A DNA stretch of 64,000 nucleotides from Lingula anatina (lineage: Eukaryota > Animalia > Brachiopoda): positions 10,788,001-10,852,000 of the forward strand of contig CM120645.1 of NCBI GenBank assembly GCA_051362555.1. The letters are read 5' to 3'. The notes under the pieces are model-generated. The model did no database searches, had not been told where the DNA came from, and worked only from the letters and a program-made list of their open reading frames with translations. Each line of letters begins with the position of its first letter. Within the stretch, counting starts at the first letter, position 1. Position numbers and translations under genes: made by a program. Of this stretch, positions 37,805 through 51,378 are shown in pieces.

Positions 37805-40223
37805 AATCCTCAGAATTGGAAAATTGGATATTGTCTCCATACACATTTATACAAAGATTGTGGAATTCAAAAAGGGATAAAGCGAATAATAATGAATGAA
37901 GTAACCTGCTTGTTTGAAGAAAAAACACCGTGTGATTTATCACATCTCTTATTCAACAATGTAACAGACCCATGTGTTTCTTCCTTATATTCCTTTTATA
38001 AAACTGACTAACATATAGACTCTAAAAATATACCTAACCGCAGTAATGATGTAATTTAACGATTTCCGTTTAGGAAAAGAGAACAACCAATCACAAATTG
38101 ATAGTAAAATGGGTCAAAGCTTTCCACGAAAAGAAAAGGAAATGGTTATTGGTTTGGTCAAGAACGCCACATTGACCACGGTCGACATTGGAATGATGGA
38201 ACCTTATTAAGTGTTTGGTATGAGGAAGGATTGAAGATTAACATTTTTATTTGTCGTCAGCAAAATATATGCGATCCGGAGAAAATAGCTTAATTTGTAG
38301 CACCTTAATATAATATAAGTAAGAGATAAATCATTTTTTGAAATATTGGACAAGAATAATATTTTAACGACAGACTGAGACAACTCTTGTCACCTTTTCC
38401 ACATGATTGTGTTTAATCAAGAGAGGTATTTTTCGTTTGTAAAACCCGGTTTAAATTGATAAATCATTAGTGTACGCCCTCAAGGGCGTGGCCTCTTCTA
38501 ACACCACAGGGCAGACATTTGTGACGTGACCTTCGTTACTGAAACTGGTCCCTTGCAGTGGTTTACAGTGGTTCACTGAATATGTTGTCACTGACAACCT
38601 CTGTTCATAACACAAACAGAGAGAGAGAGGGGGGGGGGGCGAAGAGAGGCTGTGAATGAGATGTAAAAAGAGGGCGCCCCTATACGTATACAACTCACTG
38701 GGATACAGTTAGTCACCCCCAACATTTCCTTGTGTTTTTTTAAGACAATTTGCACACCACAAGAATGGTGTGTCCCTCTAGGGGATTGTGATATCTGAAT
38801 TGTACCTTACATTTCCTGTTAGGTTAAAGAATCTAGGCCATGTTTACCTTGTATTGCGACCTGAAGATGAAAAAACTTTATATCGGTATCTGCGACAGTA
38901 ATGTACACCAACAAACATCAAACAAGCATGTCCTCACAAAAGAGACCTGCGAACTTGAAAAGTTCGTGTTGAGCAACCTCACTATAGCTAGTATGCCAGT
39001 ATCAAATGATGATTTAGTTCACATTAAGTGTCATGTTTTACGGCCAAATTTTTCCCCAGACGCGCTCCTCTACCAATATTTCAATAACGTGAGTTCCTTC
39101 AGCTACTTAAAAAAAAGCTCCATCTAGTGTATTGAAAGCAAATATGATCATGTGTCTAGTTTGTCTCGTCTTGGATCCGGAAGCGTTATCAGCGCCTCTC
39201 GCCGCTAACAATTCGTCTGCTCACTACACAAAAAGCGCTGTATGTTTTGAATTATAGCAGACTGATTTAATAAAAACACAACGCAATTTTTACTTCCGCA
39301 ATTCTGGTAACTCTTCACGGGTATTGTGAAATCAACTTTCAGTTTGCAGCGCCGTGTTACTTCACGAATATTCTAATAACGCCGTTTTATCAAACGAATT
39401 TAATCGTTGAGAATTTCTGTTGCACTAGCTCATACTTTTAAAAATATGTTTAAAAGTACAACAAATCTACAGTCACGAAAATATCACAAGTAGGCAATTT
39501 TAACTTCACTGATTTCCCGTTTTCTAGTTTTGCACGACACCCTAAACTAATAAGAATAATAATTTTTTGTATAGGCCTAACGCGTTCTGTTTTCGTACTT
39601 TTCAATGCACTTAACAATTATAATATATTTAACAGTACTACAGTAACAATACAGTCATAATTTAAAAGTTAAAAACACATTAATAATTTTTTTAAAAACT
39701 TAAAAAGTTAAGTTTTAAGAGAGACAATAAAACTGTCATAATTAGGCCTACTTTTAGATCTTATATATATATATATATAAAAGCAGTTCGTTCCAAAGTT
39801 TTGGGGCATAAACAATAAAAGCCCCATCTCCATAAAATTCCTAAGTTGATGTTTTTAGTGTCTAAGCTCCTAATTCAACACAGAATCATATATCTGGACA
39901 CAATACGTTTAGTTAGCCCTACGCTGTGTAGAAGAGACATTCACCCAGCCAAACCCGGCATAAGCCTCTGCTTCACCAGGGCCAAGATAGCCGCCTTTTT
40001 AAACGCTGGAAATCAATATCAGAGACAAAAAATAAGTATCTAGTGTTTACTAAACATTGTTTTGTCCGCAGGATAATTGCCCAGATGATAACAATTTTAT
40101 CTAATGGATAGTGTTATCCAGATGATAGCGCTATTCAGTGTTGATGAAACTGGGCCCAGATCTGGCCTCAGCGACTTCCAGGTATTTTCCTAGCTGACAC
40201 AAGGATTTTTATGCCAGCTGATT

Positions 40224-40523
40224 TTAGAAGGAGAGGGAGCTGACAGCTGCTGTGCACGTGGACAAGCTGAAAAAAAAATTAACCTTCAGATTTGAGGAGG
40301 AGGAGGAGCCGACAGCTGCTGTGCACGTGGACGGGTTGAAAAACTTCAGATTTGAGGAGGAGGAGGAGGAGGAGCTGAGAGTTGCCGTGCACGTAGGCGG
40401 TTGAAAAAAAACATCTTCAGATTTGAGGAGGAGGAGGTGGAGCTGACAGCTGCCGTGCACGTGGACAGACTAAAAAAAGCTTGCAGATTTGAGGAGGAAG
40501 AGGGGAAGCTGACAGCTGCTGTC
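40224..40523. repeat. Minisatellite, ~5 units of 60-70 bp (ttcagatttg(agg)n agctgacagctgctgtgcacgtggac...)
   Basis: Units start near 40224, 40285, 40345, 40416 and 40481. Confidence 0.9.
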
Positions 40524-40936
40524 AGGGGACCAAGATGTTGAGTTCTACTGATCTGGTAACAGTGATGGGCAAATTAAGCTAGTTCAAATAAAGATGGTAC
40601 AAGTGTGTGAAGTGTTGGAGGGGGTCTATGTCGAAAAATAAAGCGCTGTTAAGCCAAAAATCTTTTTCCCTGTGAGGCTATTGCGAGCTCTTCGTGCACA
40701 AGAGGTGGGGCACCACTAGTTTAAATGAATACTCAACACAGTTGAGCCCACTTTCCCCAGTTTCTTTTTCCGCTCTCATGACCTCTGATACACTTATATT
40801 AGTTACCATTAACGTGTTGTTTAACAAAGACAATATGCCATAAGCTGCCAAGGGTTTAAAAGACGCGATGATAAATGTAGTAAGTTGAGCTGGTATAAGA
40901 GCTCTCAGTGCACTGTTTTTTTTTTTTTTTTTTTTC

Positions 40937-40984
<48 letters not shown>

Positions 40985-41375
40985 TTCCTTTTTGAATACA
41001 CCAAATTGTCCAGGGTTGGTGCAGGGGGATAACTATTCAGCGAATATTCTGTCAGGGATTTGGTTGGGGCGAGGAAACTATACATATGGACAAAACCGCA
41101 CTGGTATAAATTCAACGAAAAATACAAAGCTAAAGACAGCAGGGTTAAATGTCATAGCTCCTTACTTCTCCCAAAATGATCCCCTTTCTCAGCCCCGAGT
41201 TAATCAGTTATGGAAGGGTGGAATCAAAAACAGACAAGATCGTGATCGAGAGCCGAAATAAAGCATTTGACACCTGAAACTTGGTCTAAAATGAGTTGCA
41301 TTCAACCTGACGAGAACAAGAGCTTTTGGTCACCCGGATTTGACTGTTTCTTTACATGAGTAAACCCACGCGAGC

Positions 41376-41557
41376 ACTATATTTAAACGAGGAAGTATGT
41401 CAGCGGAAATGAGGTGTAAAAACTTTTCAATGAGCGTGCATGAATATACGACGGAGGATCCGGGTATAAGTAAGAGAGAGCGCATCACCCGCGCACATAC
41501 TTTCTGCGCACAGAAGGGAGAGTTGATAACGCAGCAGTTTTTTTAATACAAAATCAG
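41376..41557 (+). promoter_or_regulatory. Probable TATA (tatatttaaa) and non-coding first exon (donor cag|gtgagt at 41557) of the multicopper oxidase
   Basis: Consensus donor; acceptor atccag| at 41760, 6 nt before the ATG. Confidence 0.55.
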
Positions 41558-41766
41558 GTGAGTTTACTTAGAGAAAATATGAAAAGTAGAAGTTTAGTTA
41601 AGAACTCGATTAAATTAATCGTTTGAAATGCTGCGTTTCCGCACCTGTGCGTTGTGTGTGCGAGAGAAAGAGAATTTTGTCGGTACGTGTACACATAAAA
41701 ACGATTTCTAAATTTTTGTTATGATGTTTAACTAATTTGTGATTTTTAAATCATATCCAGGTCAGA

Positions 41767-44700
41767 ATGGAGCGAAAAATGTTACGTGGAATATGTGCAA
41801 TTTTGTTATGTCTTACAACCTACCTCGCCGTAACTCAGGTAAGCGATTTCGTAACATATATAACATAAAATATCCCGCTTTATGTATAAAAAATTTATAT
41901 GTCTCTTTATTGTGATTGTTTTATTTATTTATTTATTTATTTATTTATATATTTATTTATTTATATTCATTTATTTATTTTAGCATTATTTTTCGGCTCC
42001 ATTTATACTAGTTTTTACCGTCATGTTGTTACCCCCCCACACACACACACACACACACACACACAACAACAACTAAAATGGGCTCTCTAGCTATTACAAA
42101 ATTGAACAAAATGTTTTGAAAAAATGTTGTTGTTTTTTTCTTGTAACCTTGACAGCAGTTTTTATTTTGATAATGAAGTGTGAATAATAAACTTAGTTTT
42201 GGTAAGTAACCTATTTTAAACGGATGTCCGCATGTGAGCTCAGCTAATCAGGTGTCCCGGATCCTTCTTTCTGAGAATTGGTAACCCGGATCCTAAGAAT
42301 GCCTCATAAGTCCTTCACATCATTAACCATATTGAAACCACAACTTTCAATCGATTTTACCATGGCCATTCTTTGTACAGGATATACAATGATAATTCAC
42401 AAACAACGCCCCCGTGGAATAGGTTTGAACAAATGGGACAGTAAAAATGCTAAGAAAGAGGACGATGAATAGAGTAATGTAATTTTGTCACGTTTTCAGG
42501 GCGTCAGATCTCTACCAAATTGCAGAGAAGAGTTAATATTCTATAAAAGAATTCTGTCCAAACGATACTTCGTGAAGCAAACAAGTAAGTAAAATAAGTT
42601 CTGAGTTGATTATATGGACAATTTTTACCGTATATCTTAATACAAAGTCTTTCTTATATTTAAAGAAAGAGTTGTGTATTGCTTCGGAATAATAGGAAGC
42701 GAAAGCATAACGCGCACTTTTCAAGGACAGACTAAAATGATCTACGTTATTTTCATGCCACTTGCCACAAGCATATGGCTTTAATTTGTTATTTGTGGGG
42801 CCCAAGCTGATCGAAGGGTTAATAGGGCTAAGAGAGAGAGAGAGAGAGTGGCAAAATTGACGTGGTTGTATAAAACTGATAAGCACAACCCCAAACTCCG
42901 AATTTCCACATCAATTTTTTAAATTCATTACAGTATGCGAGTACGTGCTAGTAGTCGAGCATGCGCACACCATGACATATCAAAACCAGCGTGTGGTGCC
43001 CGACTGTACACTCCCTAATGGATCTCTGCTGGGCGAGTGTGTGGCCTGCCTCATTGACGATCCCAACTGTGCGGGTACTAGCAGAGCCATTTCATTCGGT
43101 AAGTGTTGATTAATGTTTATTTAATCTTTTTCACTGATTTTTTTTTACGTCAAACAAAATCCTCTGCTGGTAATGACTGCGTTTAACCGCTACATCATTT
43201 CCATGTCCGGGTGCGTAATAAGGAATACTTTTTCTTGTTTGTAAATGTTTTTTTAAACATGGACATTAAGTGTGCTACAGATATGTGCAGGTTTAGAATG
43301 TAATTTTGTTGTTTTCAAGTCTTAAACTCAATTTATTAAAGCCCGATAATGACAGCCGTTGCTCTATTGTTTCAGACAATGTAATCACAGGGGATGGTAT
43401 ATTCAGAGAGTTGATAGCTATCAATGGCACAATGCCGGGACCAAAGATAGAGGTATGATCCCCTTATTTAAGGCCAGATGCTCTGTACGTTAAATCAAGA
43501 TTAGTAAATAAAAGTGCGCCCTCCCTCCCCCCCCCCCCCCCCCCCCACACACACACACAAAAATAAATAAATAAATAAATAAGCAAGGCCTACATTTATG
43601 GTTAAAATAACAGGCTTTATTCAAGTAATCAATTATTTACGTAACAGATGATTGACTAAGTAAATTAATGAAAGAATGAAAAGTTCAGCCCATCTAATCA
43701 CCAGCAAGTCAACCAACCAACCAACCAAATACGCAATCAATAAATTAACCGATCAATCAATTAATTAATCACTTTGATACCCCAGGCCCCCTCAGGTGCG
43801 ATGGTCGTGGTGCACGTGAAGAACAACCTGATTAACGAGCCTATCACCGTCCACTGGCACGGCATGTTTCAGTTTAAGACGGGGTTTATGGACGGCGTCC
43901 CCCACCTCACCCAGTGTCCTATTAACTCTGGGCAGGTCTTCACCTACAGGTTTAAAGCCGAACCATCTGGTACGTAGCCGTAGGGGCGAGGAGGAGCAAA
44001 TATATTTTTTTAAATAATAATTTTTAAAATTTTACTTTTTTATTAATTGGTTTGCTTTTTTTTCGTGCATGTTGGGACCGATAAGTAAAAACAACTAGCT
44101 CCAGGGCACGAAAATTACAGTTACAGTTTCAGGAACGACAAATTAAAATTTTATCAACACCTTAATGTGCATTTTCCAACCTTGAGCACGGAAATATTGC
44201 ATTCTTTTGGGTGCTAATTTTCCTGATTTTTTAACTATGAAATGTCCACAACCGTTAAGTCACTAAGTTACAACGTAATTTATGTCTTTTAGGAACCTTC
44301 TTTTATCACGCCCACACCGGTGCACACAGAACAGACGGTCTGGTGGGAGCTTTAATAGTATACCCGGAACACGAGATCACGTATACCAGCTCAACGTCGG
44401 GATCCAGTTTTGGTAGAAATTTCTTCTCTAGATTCAGGAACTTCCAGCTGGCGAGATCAGTAAGTGTGTCTGAGGAGGAACACGTTATACTGCTGCAGGA
44501 CTGGTTTCATGAGGACACAAAAAATGTAGGTGGTAGCTTTCTCTCTCTCTCTCTCTCTCTCTCATTCTCTCTCTCTCTCTCTCTCTGTCTGTACATTACT
44601 ACTATAGTTTACACATACACATACTGTGTATCATTGCGCAGTTAGTATACATTTACATTACACACAGACACACACACACGATCAAACGTAGGACGAAAGC

Positions 44701-46433
44701 CCAGATGAAATAATTTTCTGTTAGAATAATTCCCTGCAACAAGAAGAAGACCTTTCGGGGCTATTTCATATTTTGCATTAATGTATTCTGTAGGTTTTCA
44801 AGATCCAAAACGGCGGAGGAGGTTTCTATCTTGAGAACCCGTTCTTCCCCCAAGGCACCAACAAGTTTGCCGTTACCTTCGGCCCCGACAAGGTCGCCTT
44901 GGCCGGAATCCCCTACGTTTCTGGAGTCATCAACGGGCGTCACAGGTACACGGACCCTCTTTTCTTCCAGACCACCCCGGTCGACAACCAGGTGCCCTAT
45001 GAAAGGTATGACGTCAAGAGACAGAATCCACCGCTGAGGTATCGCTTCAGAATGATTTCCAATTCCGTGCAGTACGCCTACCGAGTTTTCATTGACGACC
45101 ACCCTCTGACGGTTGTGGCCTCGGACGGTTTTGAAATGGAGCCTGTTGAGGTCCAGAGCTTGTTGATCAACCCCGGGGAGAGGTATGATTTCCTGATAAC
45201 GGCCGATCGTCCCAACGCGGCCTACTGGCTTAGAGCAGAAAGTTTGGTGACCGACCCGGCTACAAATACTCCGTTGAAGCAACAAGTGCTTGCAATCCTG
45301 CAGTACCAGAACCCTAGCGGACCTCGAGTTGTCACGCCGGATTCTCAGATACAGTCCATTCCAGAACCATGTAGTTCGAGTAACAAGTGCAAGGTCTATA
45401 ACTGTCCGTTTGGAAAATTCCCTCCCAATCGCAACTTCCAGTGTCTGAATGTTGGTGACTCCGTCAAAAACCCTGCAGCGCAGGGTCCCCATGACAACGA
45501 GCCCGTTCCCACCCCGGTGAGACGGACCCGACAGATCTTTACCAACTGGCACTTCCTGGCCAACGGAGCGTCCGTAAATGGCATTGCGCACGTGAGACCC
45601 ACGGCACCGCCTCTGACACAACCGGACACACTCCCGGGATCTCTAACGCAATGTGATGCCTCGTGTGACACGGAGAAGAACGCGGACGGATGCAGGTGTA
45701 CCAATAAGATAGACCTCGAATACAAGAAGGCGTACCAGTTCGTTCTGGTCAATCATGGGAGTGGAGGTGGAAACCGTAAGTATTGTATTTATGCAGAAAC
45801 CAAATGAAAGTGCCCGTGGCATTAGAAATTGAATGTTATTTTACTTCGGTATGTTTGGTCTGCTTAGGCTTCGTTCACATGCAATGTCTATTTTCTAAAT
45901 TCTATTTTCTATTCGCGGTATGTCTTATGATCACGGTCTGTGCCCTGAATATCCCGCGGCGTAATTACTGGCAGCGCGAGCCAGTTACTATAAGTTACTA
46001 TAAGTTGTATAATTATATAGACCGAGAACAGGTTAGCCACACCTATTTCTATTATTAAACTTATTCATTTTTTATCAATTGGAATAGAGGGCGCTCCACA
46101 TCCCATCCACATGCATGGTCACAGTTTCCACGTGTTGAAGGTGGCGTATGCCGATCAGGACGCCAACGGTGCCTTCCTCAAGTACAACGACGACATTTGC
46201 TGCCCTTGTCCAGATGACGAAACCAAATGCTGCACTAACCTACAGTCAACTGACATTGCGTATGTATTTTTCATCTGTTGGTATTAGGCAAGCAATTAGT
46301 CATTTTCCGATTTTCTTTCTCTGATCCTAGATACATTTCTCCAGCAGGCACAATATTAAGTAACCATATATCATGTTTGACACGACACGAGTTAAATACG
46401 TTGTGGTGCATATTTTTTCATTGTGATTATCAC

Positions 46434-46470
<37 letters not shown>

Positions 46471-48182
46471 TCAGTAATGCCGGCCTGACATCTAGCACCG
46501 GAGGACGTGTGCCGTGTAATAACCCCAGGTGGCGCAACAACCAGTGGAACATCAACCCCAGCGCCGTGGCCGGTCTGAACCTGCAGGACCCCCTCCGTAA
46601 GGACACCATCATCGTCCCCGCCGGCGGCTACGCTGTCGTCAGGATAGAAGCTGATAACCCAGGTAAGAAAATATACCAGAAACGATGTGGAGAGGAAAGC
46701 AGGAGAAGGGTGGACGGGTTGGCTTCTTTGCCTTTTTTTCCCCTCACTGAGAAGTTTTGATTATTTCGTGCATTTAGATCTACCTGAATAGAACACCGAA
46801 GTTTGAAGTTTTTTTTTTTTTTTTGAAAAGCTGTTCCAGGATGAGCCACCTCAGATAAAACAAGACACATTGTATGTCAGACTTGGTGGGGAATAAATAT
46901 TGATTTTGTGTCGACTATCTGTACTGTGTTTGGAGGTCATATCTGTCTAAGATAGGAGTTGTAGATTAGGGAAAAACCCACGTCGGATATTTTAATGGAT
47001 TAATGGAAAATGGAAAAACAGATCTGAAAAATAACCGACCTCCATAAGTTTATTAACAATCTTCATCTTCCCAGGTTGGTGGTTTTTCCACTGTCACGTG
47101 GAGATTCATGCACTTGGCGGGATGGCGCTGGTGCTGAACGAGGCCCAGAACCTGCATAAGAGAGTCCCACCGCCGCCACATTTCCCAAAATGCATGAGTT
47201 TCGATTGGTCCGCGCAAGAATATATTAAAGCACTCAGACGCCGTATTGATGGTAAGTGTGCAGCCGCTAAACAATATATAAAAGACTGAAGTAAGCTAAA
47301 AGTAAACAACATTACATAAGATTCAGATTTGATCTTGAGTTTGACAGGGTCTAAGATTCCATCCTCTGTTACCTTCTATACCAGGGTCACAGATTGATTT
47401 TTCACAAGATATTCACAGATATGTCTCTGGCTGATTTATGTGACGTTTCTCCAGTGTGTTTTTGAGAAATACGTACATAATTAATCCGCGGCCCTAGTAG
47501 AGGGTAATCTTTTTTGCAAACCGAAATCATTTACTGCGGTAAGACACATCTTCTGTGTACGGATTTTAACTTTTTTTCTAAATCTGAGATAATACACCTA
47601 CAGACTTCTCTTTTGTTTCCAGGTATCTCCTTTGATGGCTTTATATTCGGCAGGGGCCCTACAGGTAAGAAAAACTCTCTTTAAAGTGGAACCTGCCAAG
47701 AAATATTTGACACAAAAAATGAAATATAATGCTTTCACATATCAGTTTCTTACATATATGTAAATTTGATCCAAGTAGACTGAAGTTTCATGGCAATAGG
47801 TCCACATTTTCAGAAAAAAGAGCTGGCTACGGGTCTGATATTACTGCTTAGATACAAAATGGGGGGGGGGGGGGGGGGGGGTAATTCGAATCCCCCAAAC
47901 CCTCTTTCTACGGGCCTGAATATGAATATATCATCTTCTAACATCATTTCATATCCACTTCTAGCCCCCCGCCTACCATCGTCCAGTGTTCCTGATGCAG
48001 ATACCAAGGGACTGGTAGAAGTCGACGATAACATCCCAATTTCAAGGCAGGGTCTTAGAGTACCGATTGAGGACGAAAACGCCCCTAGCCCCAACGACGC
48101 CCTTGCTGGAGAGAACGTGAACTTTAGCGGTTTTCTACAGTCGTATGGACGCCAGGGCGAGGCCCTGCAGGCCGCAGGATAA
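41767..48182 (+). CDS. Secreted multicopper oxidase (laccase / ascorbate-oxidase-like), 12 coding exons
   Basis: Signal exon 41767-41838 (MERKMLRGICAILLCLTTYLAVTQ); further exons start at ~42499, 42934, 43377, 43786, 44293, 44794, 46089, 46475, 47075, 47623, 47965. All four Cu-binding motifs are intact: VHWHG, FYHAH, HPIHMHGH, FHCHVEIHALGGM (Met axial ligand). Also INGTMPGP, PGERYD, KDT..VP.GGY, DNPG. Confidence 0.95.
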
Positions 48183-49509
48183 CTTTTTACAGACCTTGTT
48201 AAAGATGTGACTCCTCAAAAACAAACGCATACACTTTTTATATAAATTTAATCCGAAGTATTTTTGTGGGAAATACACCATAGAAGGGTGCTTCATATAG
48301 CGATCTCTACTTTTCTCCTAAAGCGCATTATCATATTTTCATTTTCATCCATCTACTATCCAATACCGTTTTCTTAGTCTTTTTTGTGGTTTCTTCATTC
48401 CCACAGATATGAATGCCGTTATTCTTCAATGTGATTTTCCGTTTGTTATTTTATTATCGATGGATTTTTTAGGGATTAAATCAATCAATTTAAAACGTAG
48501 ATATGAAGCATACAATGTATGTTTGATACAACGAAATCAGCAAAATTATTCTTATAACTGAACGACTAGGTAACACAGAATCGAAGTATTTATTTTCATT
48601 TGTTTAGTTGGTTTTGTATATATGTAACTTCAAGCATTTGTAGTCTAATTTGTAAATAAACAATTCACCGTACTCTGCTTTTTCATTTCCTTCTTTAGAT
48701 TATTATAGGTCAAAATAATTGCATGTGTCTGTAACAAATATGTAACAAAAAAGCTGCAATGTCTTAAGTTCGTTAACACTGATGTCTGAATTTATGTTTA
48801 CTCTTAAATATGGCATAAGTCCCAACTTTACAAGGGTGAGGGAACAGGCAAAAATTTGCTCTCCGAGCGTTTGTAACTCCAATCCACAACTTTGAATTAA
48901 GCCACAATATTCATCAGACATAGAAACTGTTTTTAAAGTGTTTAGTGGAGCTTGGCATTTCTTGCTAAAAGAAAACCGTTTTACCCTTTTTCAATCAAAC
49001 CTTTTTTCACTGCCACAGGATCATAGACGGGATTAAAATGAATGGTCTAGATAATAATAATATGTATTTATTTGCAACTTAAAAAGTTGGATTTTACAAT
49101 AAAAACAAATAGTGGTGAGATGCACAATCTTAAAATATACTTGTAAGTGTTAAAAAGATTCGATACACATTAGAAGTTCATAAAAGCCTCAGTTCTTAAA
49201 ATTTGATAAAGCCCATGGGATAAAAGTTATTGACGATCGTACAGTCCTCAGTTTTGGCACAGTGTACTTATAAACCCTGGTAGTAAATGATGGATTTTGA
49301 TGCTGTTCAAAGTTTAAAGGATAATTGACAGACCATCAGAATAGCTTGGACGGAGCATATCCTTCAAAAGTTATGTCCAACTAATGATTCCATCATCAAA
49401 ATACAAAAAAAAAATGATTTAATAAACAAACGGCGTGCTTTAAAAGTAAATACTTTTCGCCAGGTCTGGAAGTTAATAAACTACGCAGTCACGTGGTCCC
49501 GGTGGGACG

Positions 49510-49550
49510 ACAACAACAACAATCACAACAACAACAACAACAACAACAAC

Positions 49551-49620
<70 letters not shown>
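49510..49620. repeat. (AAC)n(AAT)n microsatellite
   Basis: Direct reading. Confidence 0.95.
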
Positions 49621-49621
<1 letters not shown>

Positions 49622-49685
49622 TAAATATCTTATAATATCATTCTATTTTGATTAGATACTGCACGGCCGCAGACGTGTTAACCTA

Positions 49686-51073
49686 CACACACTGGACAAA
49701 AGAAGTGTCACCCCCTAACTCAGAGTAATAAAAGTAGGCAGATTTTGGGTAACTATAATGCTTGGTCTACTTATAATGTGACTAATGAGTATAAAACCGC
49801 TATACCATGGAATTGTATTGTTGGTCTTGTACATGTACAGCAAATGTTATTCCTGTCTTCCTCCAATATGGCAAGATACAGGCAATTATCTAACGGTTAT
49901 AGGTGCAAGTTATTAACCTGAAGAGGCGGAATATAAGCAATGTCAGAATATCGATACAATTGAATTGCTCTGTCAGAACCGTGCAGAGGGTCTGGTCTCG
50001 GTATAGAAACACTGGATCAAGAGACAAATTGCCTCTGATGGGTCGTCCAAGAAAAAATACTGGCTGTGAAGACCGACGACTGATTTTGATGTCCAGGTTG
50101 TCAAATTTCGACACTGCTTGTCAGTTGACAACACAGTGGAACAATTTCACACATAAGAATGTGTCTGTGAAAATTGCTAGGCGTCGGTTACATGCTCAGA
50201 GAGTGTACAGCAAGTTAGCAAGACTGAAACCTCTTATATCGTTACAAAACAAGCAACGTATAGTGAACTAGGGTCAACAGGATCTGGAACTGGACAGTTC
50301 ATGACAATTGGTCCTATATATTTTTTTCTGATGAGTGTCGCTTTGGTCTGACCTCTGATGACAGACGGGTACTATGCTGGCAAACTGCTGGTAAAGCATT
50401 TGAACCACATGCACTGAATTTTCGAATCCCGGAGCAGCATATTCATCATGGTGTGGAGCTGCATCAGCATCCATGGCTTGGGCGAATTGATAGTGGTAAA
50501 TGGAAACATGAATAACTAGAAATATATCGATTTTTTGGAGTCAGGCTTGCTACCATCTATTACTAACATGTTTGATGACAGGAATTATCCATTTGTTCAC
50601 CAGGATGACAATGCTCTTTGTCACAAGCCCAGAGCAGTTGATGATTGGTTTGACCAACAGGACATTCGCAGGGTGATGTGGCCTGCCCAGAGTCCAGATG
50701 CAACCGTAATAGAAAATGTGTGGAATGATATGTCAAAACTTTTTACAAATGCCCGTCTAACCAGCAGAGAAACTCTGTTATATTCAGTGTTACATGCTTG
50801 GGCCAGCATAAGCCCTGAACGCATCAGACAATTATATGAAACTTTGCTTCGTAGACTGGCACCTATTATTAGGTTACGTGGCTATGCCACTAAGTACTAA
50901 TTTTGGACTTGAAACTGCATATTTTGGTAGAATGTATATATTGTTCTCATTTTGTGATTTTTTTTTAAATTTGATGTTAACAAAATGATACCAGGAGCAT
51001 ATTATTCCGCAGTCATTTATCTCCCCCATAGTATTGGCTCAGTAGGGGTGACACTTCTTTTGTCCAGTGTGTG
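49686..51073 (+). mobile_element. Full-length Tc1 (DD34E) DNA transposon, inactivated
   Basis: Perfect 29-bp TIRs cacacactggacaaaagaagtgtcacccc (49686-49714 / 51045-51073) with TA on both sides. Transposase from ATG 49868 to 50900 has GRPRK, FSDE, QDDNA..H and WPAQSPD...IENVW, with 34 residues between D and E; several stops and frameshifts. Confidence 0.97.
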
Positions 51074-51378
51074 TATTTGTCTCACCAGAAAATTTAGACA
51101 ATATTTTTACTGATACAAATGCTCCCAGGGAATGGTGAAGACTTAAATCCAGCATGGGAGGGGGTTTGTCTCTTGTCTTCTTGTCACTACAAGCTTGAAA
51201 TCACAGACTTCTTGAAATGAAATAGTTGTCTGATCTAACGACTTGGTACTGTCTTGAGGAAACCAGCCTTCAATGAGAATCGGTGTATATTTGTGATTGA
51301 AGTAAACTGTTGTAGCGAGAATGGCAGAGTGGTTGTAAAGTGAGAGAGTGGGCATTCCGCAAAACATATAGATTACAG

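Noticed and set aside
40224-40523. CRISPR-like repeat-spacer pattern / poly-Ser ORF 40224-40460
   Set aside because: The variable parts are homologous to each other (diverged tandem units), not unique spacers.
44761-45752. 286-aa and 118-aa minus-strand ORFs
   Set aside because: Antisense shadows of the large GC-richer laccase exon; no recognisable motifs.
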